A stretch of DNA of 64,000 nt from a virus (IMGVR_UViG_3300023275_000004:61619-125618); one strand, 5' to 3'. Counted from the stretch's first letter, positions 1-7,338 are shown. A program made the numbers and translations. Notes: generated by a model from the sequence alone, not told the origin.

Positions 1-148
1 GTGAAAGTTTGACCGCGCATCCAACAGAAAAACTCTTTCTTCAACTCAGGACTAAAAATATCTCCGAGTTGACTGTAGGGGTAGCCAAGCTTACAAATTG
101 GTGCCTGCATACTTCCTCCAAAGTAAAACGCCCTTACCGATAAGTCAA

Positions 149-177
149 AGACTATCAGGAAGGGCGCTACATGTCAA
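149..177 (-). promoter_or_regulatory. sigma70/HrdB-type promoter
   Basis: TTGACA-17bp-TAGTCT on minus strand. Confidence 0.65.
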
Positions 178-186
178 ACTGGAAAG

Positions 187-262
187 GGTGACTGACGAGA
201 TTTGAACTCGCGGTCTCTAGGGTCACAACCTAGCGCTTTAACCAGACTAAGCTACAGCCACC
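187..262 (-). tRNA. tRNA-His (GTG)
   Basis: cloverleaf, encoded G-1, anticodon arm CTAGG-TTGTGAC-CCTAG, C73. Confidence 0.93.
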
Positions 263-355
263 ATTCGGAAATTCCTCGGTGCCAGTTCACCATAGGAGAA
301 ATTTCCTTTGTCTCTGGTCTTCTACTAGAGGATGTGAAACCTCCAACCAGCTACG

Positions 356-429
356 CTGCCCGACTAGGACTCGAACCTAGAAACACCGGAGTCAAAGGCC
401 GGGGACTTTGCCAATTCGTCTACCGGGCA
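356..429 (-). tRNA. tRNA-Gln (TTG)
   Basis: acceptor TGCCCGG/TCGGGCA, loop CT-TTG-AC, GGTTCGAGTCC T arm. Confidence 0.9.
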
Positions 430-587
430 TAGTGTCCGACCATCGAAATAATCCAGTATCAAGCTAGCCTCACTTGACTTAAATCATTCGGAGGGGGCAT
501 GTCGTCTCGCACCTATTCCCTCATTTTATATGAAATTAGCTGTGCGCTAAGCACATTTAAGAGATTGCCTTTCCCACTACTTTCAAG

Positions 588-659
588 CTCTCCGACCTGG
601 ACTCGAACCAAGATTAAGGGATTCAGAGTCCCTTGTGCTACCCATTACACTATCGGAGA
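588..659 (-). tRNA. tRNA-Gln (CTG)
   Basis: acceptor TCTCCGA/TCGGAGA, loop CT-CTG-AA. Confidence 0.92.
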
Positions 660-946
660 ATAAAGACTTTAAGGCTTTCATCTGTGCGGTGGCTGCTGTG
701 CGAAGCTTTGGACACTTCGTTACCAGAATGACGTTTAATGAAGGGCTGCTATCCTTCAGAAAACCAGCCTAATGCGAGCAGTTGACGGCTACCCATGTGC
801 TAATCGCCTTGTAGTCCTAGCTGCTATCCAGTGACTCCATCTAAATGAGAATGAGTTTGCTAGCAGGCTAAATAATAAGCGCCTTGTAAGCCCACCGAAG
901 GGTAGCTAATCCTCCTGTACTTACATCCCCTCTTATTATTATCGCG

Positions 947-1019
947 TCGGGTATGAAGGACTCGAACCTTCCGCCTCCGGACTCCAAGACCGGCCGTCTT
1001 CCCCATGACCTAATACCCG
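947..1019 (-). tRNA. tRNA-Pro (TGG), atypical anticodon arm
   Basis: C1-G72/A73 Pro acceptor; loop CT-TGG-AG (A37), U31-U39 mismatch. Confidence 0.8.
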
Positions 1020-1037
1020 GTAAACCTTATAAGTACG

Positions 1038-1111
1038 TCGGGATGACAGGATTTGAACCTGCGACATCTTGCTCCCAAAGCAAGCGCGCTACCAAACTGC
1101 GCCACATCCCG
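1038..1111 (-). tRNA. tRNA-Pro (TGG)
   Basis: canonical cloverleaf, CTTGC-TTTGGGA-GCAAG. Confidence 0.95.
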
Positions 1112-1113
1112 AT

Positions 1114-1197
1114 TGTAAGCAATCAGTAGGACTCGAACCTACAACCCCCGGCTTACCATGCCCGGCGCTCTGCCTTTGAGGCGTACAACTGCTTACA
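1114..1197 (-). ncRNA. tRNA-like RNA (Thr-GGT-like) with 12-bp extended acceptor helix
   Basis: T arm GTAGG-TTCGAGT-CCTAC; loop AT-GGT-AA on a bulged stem; TGTAAGCAGTTG/TGATTGCTTACA. Confidence 0.6.
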
Positions 1198-1203
1198 TGC
1201 TTA

Positions 1204-1233
1204 ATACTACTCTTACTCTGTACCTTCTGTCAA
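1204..1233 (-). promoter_or_regulatory. sigma70-type promoter
   Basis: TTGACA-18bp-TAGTAT directly upstream of tRNA cluster. Confidence 0.7.
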
Positions 1234-1512
1234 CTCTTCATCCGTAAGAAGCTTTGGACTCAGAATGTTTGTGTACTCATGCCAAGCCTGCGAGATAGCA
1301 AAATATGTTAGCAGGATGTCAATAACTATCCAAAATTCTCGGGTCAGAACAAAATATCTAGTTGGAGGAAAAAACACATCCCACACTAACGAAAGTGTCC
1401 AACACACAGTCCAGAAGATATTCCACTTGATAGCTCTACGCTGTTTCGGAGAAATAAACTTCCATTGAATCTTAGCCCGAGCTAGATTCCATTCGACTGC
1501 GGTCTTTACCAT
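1213..1512 (-). CDS. hypothetical membrane protein (2 TM)
   Basis: 99-aa ORF, two hydrophobic segments, overlaps stop of upstream gene. Confidence 0.7.
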   Translation of the reverse strand: MVKTAVEWNLARAKIQWKFISPKQRRAIKWNIFWTVCWTLSLVWDVFFPPTRYFVLTREFWIVIDILLTYFAISQAWHEYTNILSPKLLTDEELTEGTE

Positions 1513-2150
1513 GGCAGGCAGACTCCCTTAGTAGTGCAAGTGAGTAGACCCATGTGAGTATAGTAGTTCAAGCAAGAAAACACTAGGAAGAAAACTCCAA
1601 CTGTATTCCAACCATATCTAACTAACTTAATAAGTGTTCCATCGGTTACTGTAAAAGGAAGAGCCAGACAAGATAGTGCTGCAATTAGGTAGATAATTCC
1701 AAAGGTTGTATTTTCCCAGCCATGGAACTGTCCAGAAATTGGCTCCATCGAAGGAGCGTCACCAACTACATTAAATCTGAAAATTGCTGCGGAGCAAGAT
1801 AACAACATTAGACCAACTGCTGCGACTATCCAAATGAAAACTCTACCATTGATTTTAATCCTTCTAGTGGAATTTACTACTAGGAAGGTACCACCAGTGA
1901 TTGCTAACATCCCAAGAATCAAACTTGGTTCCGCAAAAAGAATGTTGATCGGTAGATTTACCTTAAGGGGCCAAGTTGTTGCCATAAGAAAAGATAACAC
2001 CGTTAGTGGCACTCCAGCAACAAGTAGTCCGTATCCATGAACTGTAGAAGAAAGCCTTTCAAAAGATCCTTGCGAAAGCTTTAGAATGTTTGATGTGATT
2101 AGTAGCACAAGCGCTGCGCAAAATCCCATCATGGTATTGTAAAGAATCAT
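1506..2150 (-). CDS. DUF981-family polytopic membrane protein
   Basis: YNTMMG...TWPL...NILFAEPSL motifs, about 6 TM segments. Confidence 0.7.
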   Translation of the reverse strand: MILYNTMMGFCAALVLLITSNILKLSQGSFERLSSTVHGYGLLVAGVPLTVLSFLMATTWPLKVNLPINILFAEPSLILGMLAITGGTFLVVNSTRRIKINGRVFIWIVAAVGLMLLSCSAAIFRFNVVGDAPSMEPISGQFHGWENTTFGIIYLIAALSCLALPFTVTDGTLIKLVRYGWNTVGVFFLVFSCLNYYTHMGLLTCTTKGVCLPW

Positions 2151-2181
2151 AGTTTTCTGCTCTCTTTCAATTTTACTAACG

Positions 2182-2257
2182 TGGTGAGTACAGGAATCGA
2201 ACCTGTGAACCTCTCGGGTTTCAACCGAGCGCTCTGACCAGTCTGAGCTAACTCACC
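2182..2257 (-). tRNA. tRNA-Phe (GAA)
   Basis: CTCGG-TTGAAAC-CCGAG. Confidence 0.93.
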
Positions 2258-2348
2258 ATTACTGGTAGTTGTAGCGGTCCGCCTTCCTATCTACCAGTAT
2301 CCCTTAACTCAAGTCGATAAGCGGACATGTGAACTTGAGCTTACAGCG

Positions 2349-2420
2349 TAGAGCTAGAGGGAATTGAACCCTCACTACGAGATTGAAAGCCTCGCGTCCT
2401 AGCCATTAAACGATAGCTCC
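2349..2420 (-). tRNA. tRNA-Glu (TTC)
   Basis: CGAGG-CTTTCAA-TCTCG. Confidence 0.92.
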
Positions 2421-2456
2421 AAGGCTGTGCGGAAACTTACCCGCACATTTTTATTA

Positions 2457-2579
2457 CTAGCAGAAAGCTAGAAAGATAGTCACAGCAACAAAAACAATAA
2501 ATATTACTGTAAACCAATTGAAAGGAGATGGGTACTCGCCGTCCCTTTTTTTCTTCTCTTCTTCCCACTCGTTACTCAT
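2457..2579 (-). CDS. small membrane peptide (40 aa)
   Basis: MSNEWEEEKKKRDGEYPSPFNWFTVIFIVFVAVTIFLAFC; TGATG overlap with upstream ORF; below ORF-track cutoff. Confidence 0.6.
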   Translation of the reverse strand: MSNEWEEEKKKRDGEYPSPFNWFTVIFIVFVAVTIFLAFC

Positions 2580-2707
2580 CAGAATAGCCCTAGAAATCTA
2601 GCACCGTGCTCATGCATCTGCCAGAAAAACCAGGCTGCAAAGAGCATCCAAAGTACAAAAAGAACGGTGCCCAGCTTAGTTCCACCCTTTTTTGCTTCTC
2701 GCGCCAT
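2579..2707 (-). CDS. small membrane peptide (42 aa)
   Basis: MAREAKKGGTKLGTVLFVLWMLFAAWFFWQ...; RBS AGGAGG. Confidence 0.65.
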   Translation of the reverse strand: MAREAKKGGTKLGTVLFVLWMLFAAWFFWQMHEHGARFLGLF

Positions 2708-2745
2708 ATTTCCTCCTAAGATAGATTCCTGAAAGTATTCTTACC

Positions 2746-2832
2746 TCAGCCAGGAAAACCGGGCTGCGACATCATCGCAACGACGAAGAGGACGAGCATG
2801 ATGATAAAGATTGCAAACAGTACATTCTTCAT
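2746..2832 (-). CDS. small membrane peptide (28 aa)
   Basis: MKNVLFAIFIIMLVLFVVAMMSQPGFPG; RBS AAGGAG; first ORF after promoter. Confidence 0.6.
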   Translation of the reverse strand: MKNVLFAIFIIMLVLFVVAMMSQPGFPG

Positions 2833-2873
2833 TTTGTTCTCCTTGGATCGATGTGTGTTTTGCTTATGTAATA

Positions 2874-2903
2874 ACTCTAGCATAGCCTAATTCATGATCG
2901 CAA
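2874..2903 (-). promoter_or_regulatory. sigma70-type promoter
   Basis: TTGCGA-18bp-TAGAGT with extended TG. Confidence 0.5.
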
Positions 2904-3004
2904 GTCCTGATTTTGAGTATAAAAAAGCGCAGTATTGGCACGGCACTGCGCAGCCGCTCAGGAATCTAAAAATAGGGAGGAGTACCTATTCTTAAACTTT
3001 ACCG

Positions 3005-3078
3005 TACTCCATGAGGGATTTGAACCCTCGATCTCCTGATTGAGAATCAGACGTGTTCGGCCACTACACTAATGGAGC
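3005..3078 (-). tRNA. tRNA-Glu (CTC)
   Basis: loop TT-CTC-AA. Confidence 0.92.
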
Positions 3079-3092
3079 ATAAATTTATTGCG

Positions 3093-3174
3093 TGCTGGTA
3101 ACGAGACTCGAACTCGTACGTCACTAGGACGGGAGATTTTAAGGCTCCTGTGTCTGCCATTCCACCATACCAGC
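3093..3174 (-). tRNA. tRNA-Leu (TAA)
   Basis: loop CT-TAA-AA, long variable arm, A73. Confidence 0.9.
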
Positions 3175-3276
3175 TTGTCGACGGTTTTCCAGAGCGACCA
3201 TAGAGGCGTACCTCACAGGTTGCAGCTACATTATGCTCTGAGGGAACCGTCGTGAAACCCAGGTAAGTAAATTGTA

Positions 3277-3468
3277 TTAAATATCCATAGCGTACTCATG
3301 TTCGCACTCGTCACATAACCACATCGGAGTGCTATCTCCATGGATCTCTTCCTCGAAAGGATCTGATCTCCACTCGATCATGTTACCTTCTGTGAAGTCA
3401 TTCCAGCCCTTACGAACCGGATAAATTTTATCACAGAAGCCAGCACACTTACGGTGTAGATATTTCAT
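3277..3468 (-). CDS. hypothetical Cys-rich protein
   Basis: 63 aa, CxxxC and CxxC, RBS GAGGAGG. Confidence 0.65.
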   Translation of the reverse strand: MKYLHRKCAGFCDKIYPVRKGWNDFTEGNMIEWRSDPFEEEIHGDSTPMWLCDECEHEYAMDI

Positions 3469-3602
3469 TTTTCCTCCTCAGATTAGAGACAATCTGAGTC
3501 AACAACTTGAGAAGGAAAAGTTGGTCTGAAGGTATGGACATAACCCCATACGTTTCCGCCCCCAACGGGCGGCGGTAATTGTATCTCTAGCCTACTTCAG
3601 AG

Positions 3603-3684
3603 TGCTCCTAACAGGACTCGAACCTGCACGCCTCTCGGCATGGCGTTCTAAGCGCCACGTGTATGCCAATTTCACCACAGGAGC
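3603..3684 (-). tRNA. tRNA-Leu (TAG)
   Basis: TGGCG-CTTAGAA-CGCCA, long variable arm. Confidence 0.92.
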
Positions 3685-3743
3685 TTGGTAGGAGAGGTCT
3701 TTCAACCTCTCGCTACAACTATCTTACACTATTACTGCCTAAC

Positions 3744-4778
3744 TTAGCAACTACCAGGACCACCATAGCGGATTGTGCGAGTGCTTTGAACAGGCGGAGT
3801 AGCCGTACTGTTCTGACGGAATCCCTGATACCAAGTTGGCTGAGTAGCAAAAGCATTCAGCACAACATTAGTTGATGGCTGCCCCGAATACGTAACGTTC
3901 GATAGACGCGCGCCAGCAGTAGGAGTAGCCATTACAGGTGTAGGACCAAGACCCATATCAGCACAGGTAGCTGGTGTTCCAGCGGCAACCTCACCAAAGG
4001 TCTGGAAAAAGTCTACCTGCTTGAACGTAGTTACACTAGGAGTAGCACCTGTCCAGATAGTATCTGGAAAATTACCAATCCAGTCAGCTGTGCCATCGTT
4101 TGGACCAAAACCAATCCACCAAGCTGTAGCAGTGCGCTCAATCTGGAAGACCATCTCAGTGTTAGCGTTGGCATAAGCAGTAAGATCAGCGCCAGCGTTG
4201 AACGTAGTATTGGCAGCGTTATCAACCCAACCACAACCATTGTAGCATGTTTCCTGACCATTTACCCAATGATAAACAAAAAGACGAACTTTGTTGTCAC
4301 CATTAGTTGACTGATCACGGGTTACACCAACCTCAACAGCTTGCTGCTCGTCTGCTGACTGCACAGCATCTTCGTTAAGAGTATGATAATCCCAAGTTGG
4401 ATTGATATACGGTGTACTTACTGTGTTCAGTGAGGACACTCCTGTGGGAGGAGTAGTTGGCCTCTGCTTTCCACCAGCGTAAATATAACTTACTGCCCCA
4501 GGAGTCCTCTTTGCACGTAAATGTGAAGGTGGCACAGGAGGTCTTCCCTTTGCCCCAGACCCTGTAGTTTTTGCAAATGCGGCGCTAGGATCTCCACTGA
4601 TGACCTTTCCGGCCTTAGCTGGATCTCCCTTTGGGATAGGGATAGAAATCCCGACCCTAGTAGTGTCACTAGCCGCTGCTTGAGCTGCTGTGGGTACTGC
4701 CTGTGCCGGGGATACCCCGATAGTAAGCGAAGCTAGCAAAGTAAGTCCTGCTAGTGCTCCCATAAAACGATTTTTCAT
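3744..4778 (-). CDS. secreted neprosin-like (DUF239) glutamic peptidase
   Basis: signal peptide ending PAQA; AVEVG...LFVYHWVNGQETCYNGCGW...FGEV...CADMG motifs; start moved to ATG 4778 because the longer ORF overlaps a tRNA. Confidence 0.8.
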   Translation of the reverse strand: MKNRFMGALAGLTLLASLTIGVSPAQAVPTAAQAAASDTTRVGISIPIPKGDPAKAGKVISGDPSAAFAKTTGSGAKGRPPVPPSHLRAKRTPGAVSYIYAGGKQRPTTPPTGVSSLNTVSTPYINPTWDYHTLNEDAVQSADEQQAVEVGVTRDQSTNGDNKVRLFVYHWVNGQETCYNGCGWVDNAANTTFNAGADLTAYANANTEMVFQIERTATAWWIGFGPNDGTADWIGNFPDTIWTGATPSVTTFKQVDFFQTFGEVAAGTPATCADMGLGPTPVMATPTAGARLSNVTYSGQPSTNVVLNAFATQPTWYQGFRQNSTATPPVQSTRTIRYGGPGSC

Positions 4779-4807
4779 ATCGTTCCCTTTCGACGCCGTT
4801 GTTGGCG

Positions 4808-4890
4808 TGCCGATGACAGGAGTCGAACCTGCACTTCCTTTCGGAAACAACGTTCTTAGCGTTGCGTGTCTACCATTTCACCACATCGGC
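4808..4890 (-). tRNA. tRNA-Leu (AAG)
   Basis: perfect CAACG-CTAAGAA-CGTTG arm, Leu-type variable arm, A73. Confidence 0.88.
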
Positions 4891-5160
4891 GTTTCCCGGT
4901 TAACTTTGACCTTAATCCAGCACCGGACCGACTGGGATCAACTATTTTACTAACTATGAAATAAAAGTTGAGGCTCAGTATGCATCTTTACCTCACTACG
5001 CCTGTCAGTACTCTTGCAGATCTCGTAGACTTTTAAAACAAAATTAGCGCCGAGAAAGAGGGTTGCAACTTCCCTAGCCTGCATTGCACAGCATAGAGAC
5101 CTTTTTCTCTGAAAAAAAGCCAGTGCTCAGCCCTAACCTGTTAGATACACTCTTTTCTTG

Positions 5161-5236
5161 TTGCGGAGGGAGGATTTGAACCTCCGATTTCCAGCTCATG
5201 ACGCTGGCGAGAACGACCGAACTTCTCTACCCCGCT
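5161..5236 (-). tRNA. tRNA-Met (CAT), initiator-like body with atypical anticodon arm
   Basis: A1/A72 mismatch, GCGGGGTAGAG 5' end; arm CCAGC-GTCATGA-GCTGG lacks the three consecutive G-C pairs. Confidence 0.8.
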
Positions 5237-5246
5237 AAGACCTTTA

Positions 5247-5275
5247 ATACTATCGGACTAACCTTACTCTGTCAA
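5247..5275 (-). promoter_or_regulatory. sigma70-type promoter overlapping a CCGAT motif
   Basis: TTGACA-17bp-TAGTAT; CCGAT at 5252-5256. Confidence 0.7.
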
Positions 5276-5405
5276 CTGCTTCAGACGCTCTACCTCAGCT
5301 AGAAGAACTCTAACATGATAGACAGCAGTATTTTTGTCAAGCTTGTCTGTCTGTGAGTAGTAAGCGTATTTTTGACTGATTTTTTCTAGCTCTTCATTAG
5401 TCACG

Positions 5406-5477
5406 TCCTGATGAGTGGAATCGAACCACCTCATGCCGGGATATGAATCCGGGGCTCTACCAGTGAGCTACATCAGG
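5406..5477 (-). tRNA. tRNA-Met (CAT), elongator type
   Basis: paired 1-72, CCGGA-TTCATAT-CCCGG. Confidence 0.88.
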
Positions 5478-5714
5478 TAAAAGAGAGATAAACCACCAAC
5501 CTAACATCTCTCTCAATGTCTGCTCCGCGCTAGATATCAGCTTAGCAGACGTTCCCTCATATTACTACTCTCCTAAGTTTTTCTTAGGCATCTGCGTCAA
5601 GTATAACGCGGTTTGAGCGGGACCGCAAACCCGACCTGAGCTTCACCCTAGGCAAGTGCTTGACAAATTTCCAGGTCTCTTCGCCAAGACAGTAACTTTT
5701 TCACCTTCGTTACG

Positions 5715-5792
5715 TGGACTATACGGGACTCGAACCCGTGAACCTCCTGCAAAATCAGGTGTTGTTCGCCGACCTTCTCAACTTTATTGCCC
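5715..5792 (-). ncRNA. tRNA-Ala-like RNA with shortened anticodon arm
   Basis: G3.U70 and A73, canonical T arm, 14-nt D loop, arm CCTG-ATTTTG-CAGG. Confidence 0.65.
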
Positions 5793-5793
5793 G

Positions 5794-5874
5794 TGGAGCT
5801 GTAGGGAGTCGAACCCTAGTCCTTCACCGTTCCGACGTGCGGCTTTCTAGTGAAGTCGAATACCGTCCAGCCCC
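5794..5874 (-). ncRNA. minimal tmRNA: tRNA-like domain only, no mRNA-like domain
   Basis: 5' GGGGCTG-GACGGTATTCGAC and 3' GGAC-TAGGGTTCGACTCCCTA-CAGCTCCA joined by a short CTTCAC/GTGAAG hairpin. Confidence 0.8.
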
Positions 5875-6085
5875 TCAGCTACAGCAGGAACCTTATTCCC
5901 TACGGTACTGTAGCACTACCGATCCACCCGATGCTAGCTGCCCTGCCCTTAGGCTCTGGTGGATAGGGCACTAAAACCTAGATAGTCTCGGAAGACATCT
6001 AGGAACTAGTGTGAATGAGAAAACAGGCCCTACCTGCATTTAATCCTAAGTTTTGGAGGCTTAGACTTCCTCGCTCACAAGAACT

Positions 6086-6114
6086 ACTTTACACTAACTG
6101 CCTAGCTCTGTCAA
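6086..6114 (-). promoter_or_regulatory. sigma70-type promoter for mini-tmRNA/tRNA transcript
   Basis: TTGACA-17bp-TAAAGT. Confidence 0.7.
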
Positions 6115-6995
6115 GCTACCGAAAGCTTAGTAGAAGCTAGGGCAGACTTCACGGCAGCAAGAACATCTTCCTTAGAAGCTGCCTTGTCTACTGGAAGCTT
6201 AGCTACTACCGCAGAAGCTAGCGCGCTAACAAATGCTGGGTTATTAGCGATTGCTGCTCCCAATGCTACCTCATCAACATCTACGCCACTAAGTGCAGCT
6301 ACGGCTGTCTTGAGAGTAGCAACGTCGGTTGCTAGCGCACTCAAGGCTGCTGGTAGTGCATTAAGACGATAGCTGATCAAGGTCTTAGCCTGCCACTCAG
6401 GATTAGCTGGATCTCCTGAAGGCATGTAGTCAATATCCCATACTGCCTTTGCAATGTCCTGTGCTGATGGCATATCCTCATCTCCCAAATACTCTTCTAG
6501 CGTCTGACCCTTTAGAACTGACAGAATGGCATCCATTGCTTTTCTATCATTTACGTACCTTCTACGAACTTCTAGGTGTACGTGCCATTTATGGTCATCG
6601 CTAGCTGTGCCTACTGTTCCAGTAACTACGTCGTAGCGCCCCGGACTTCCATTTCCGTCCCAGCCATTCCAAGCGTTAATGTACTTCATACGCTCATCTG
6701 TGGCTCTGTTCTGCCAAGCTGCTTTCAATCTTGCGTGACACTTTTTCATGTCCGTCAAGTTAAGCGTCATATCTACGGCCGAGGCCATATTTCTAGGCCA
6801 GTCACCAGGAGGAGCCTTGTCATCTTTTCTGGTTACTGAGTAGTTATCAGAAGGCTGATCCTGAATTGAGATATGATAGCCGCCTCTAGCGGCATGAGCT
6901 GCGTCTCCTACGATTCCAGAGATCGCGGCAGAGGGATAAAGTTTCTCCCATTCATTTGACAGATAAACTAATTGTGCTGGTGCTGCTGTTGACAT
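6111..6995 (-). CDS. probable endolysin (M15-like Zn peptidase domain plus helical C-terminus)
   Basis: SGIVGDAAH..GGYH, ASAVD and HKWHVHLE motifs typical of actinomycete phage lysins. Confidence 0.6.
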   Translation of the reverse strand: MSTAAPAQLVYLSNEWEKLYPSAAISGIVGDAAHAARGGYHISIQDQPSDNYSVTRKDDKAPPGDWPRNMASAVDMTLNLTDMKKCHARLKAAWQNRATDERMKYINAWNGWDGNGSPGRYDVVTGTVGTASDDHKWHVHLEVRRRYVNDRKAMDAILSVLKGQTLEEYLGDEDMPSAQDIAKAVWDIDYMPSGDPANPEWQAKTLISYRLNALPAALSALATDVATLKTAVAALSGVDVDEVALGAAIANNPAFVSALASAVVAKLPVDKAASKEDVLAAVKSALASTKLSVA

Positions 6996-7282
6996 CAGTA
7001 ATCCTCCCCCGCTCTAGGATGCGAACGCACTTCATAGTTGTTCTCTTCCATGGCACGACGGATGTTGTACTGCTCTTCCTGACTCCACTGAAGTACCTGA
7101 GGCTCAGAACCTCTTACTGAGAAATTTTTCTTCTCAAGATCCCAATCGTAGATCCACATCTGTCCTCTTGGCCTGTCAATAATGACAATGCCCTTTGGGT
7201 AGTCAGTAGTTAAAACTTCTCCTGCCATCGGTCCACCTACGGCTAGGCCGGTGTAGAGACTCTTGGATGGAAAAACGGTCAT
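6995..7282 (-). CDS. hypothetical protein coupled to lysin
   Basis: TGATG overlap with lysin start; start moved to ATG 7282. Confidence 0.6.
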   Translation of the reverse strand: MTVFPSKSLYTGLAVGGPMAGEVLTTDYPKGIVIIDRPRGQMWIYDWDLEKKNFSVRGSEPQVLQWSQEEQYNIRRAMEENNYEVRSHPRAGEDY

Positions 7283-7338
7283 AACTATCACCCAATCTTG
7301 GTTAATTTCTACGCTATTTATTACTAGACGATAGACAC

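Noticed and set aside
202-432. ORF-track entries overlapping tRNAs (also 4690..4953, 5656..5974, 13207..13515, 13251..13499, 19069..19284, 22793..23011, 23483..23686, 33657..33860)
   Set aside because: They translate tRNA or ncRNA sequence; the RNA interpretation is much better supported
744-769. GAAGGATAGCAGCC resembles SRP RNA helix 8
   Set aside because: Lacks the CAGG strand of the symmetric loop and a GNRA-capped helix
871-889. AATAAGCGCC resembles an actinobacterial tmRNA resume site (possible trans-acting tag domain)
   Set aside because: Wrong strand, followed by a stop after two codons, and explained as a hairpin arm
3603-3684. Stop-codon recoding or suppressor tRNA
   Set aside because: Anticodons TAG and TAA read Leu codons CTA and TTA; no CTA, TTA or TCA anticodon found, and genes are intact in the standard code
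5518-5530. GTCTGCTCCGCGC resembles the start of actinomycete type I-E CRISPR repeats (possible RNA anti-CRISPR)
   Set aside because: Only 13 nt, on the non-transcribed strand, second repeat arm missing, no array or cas genes
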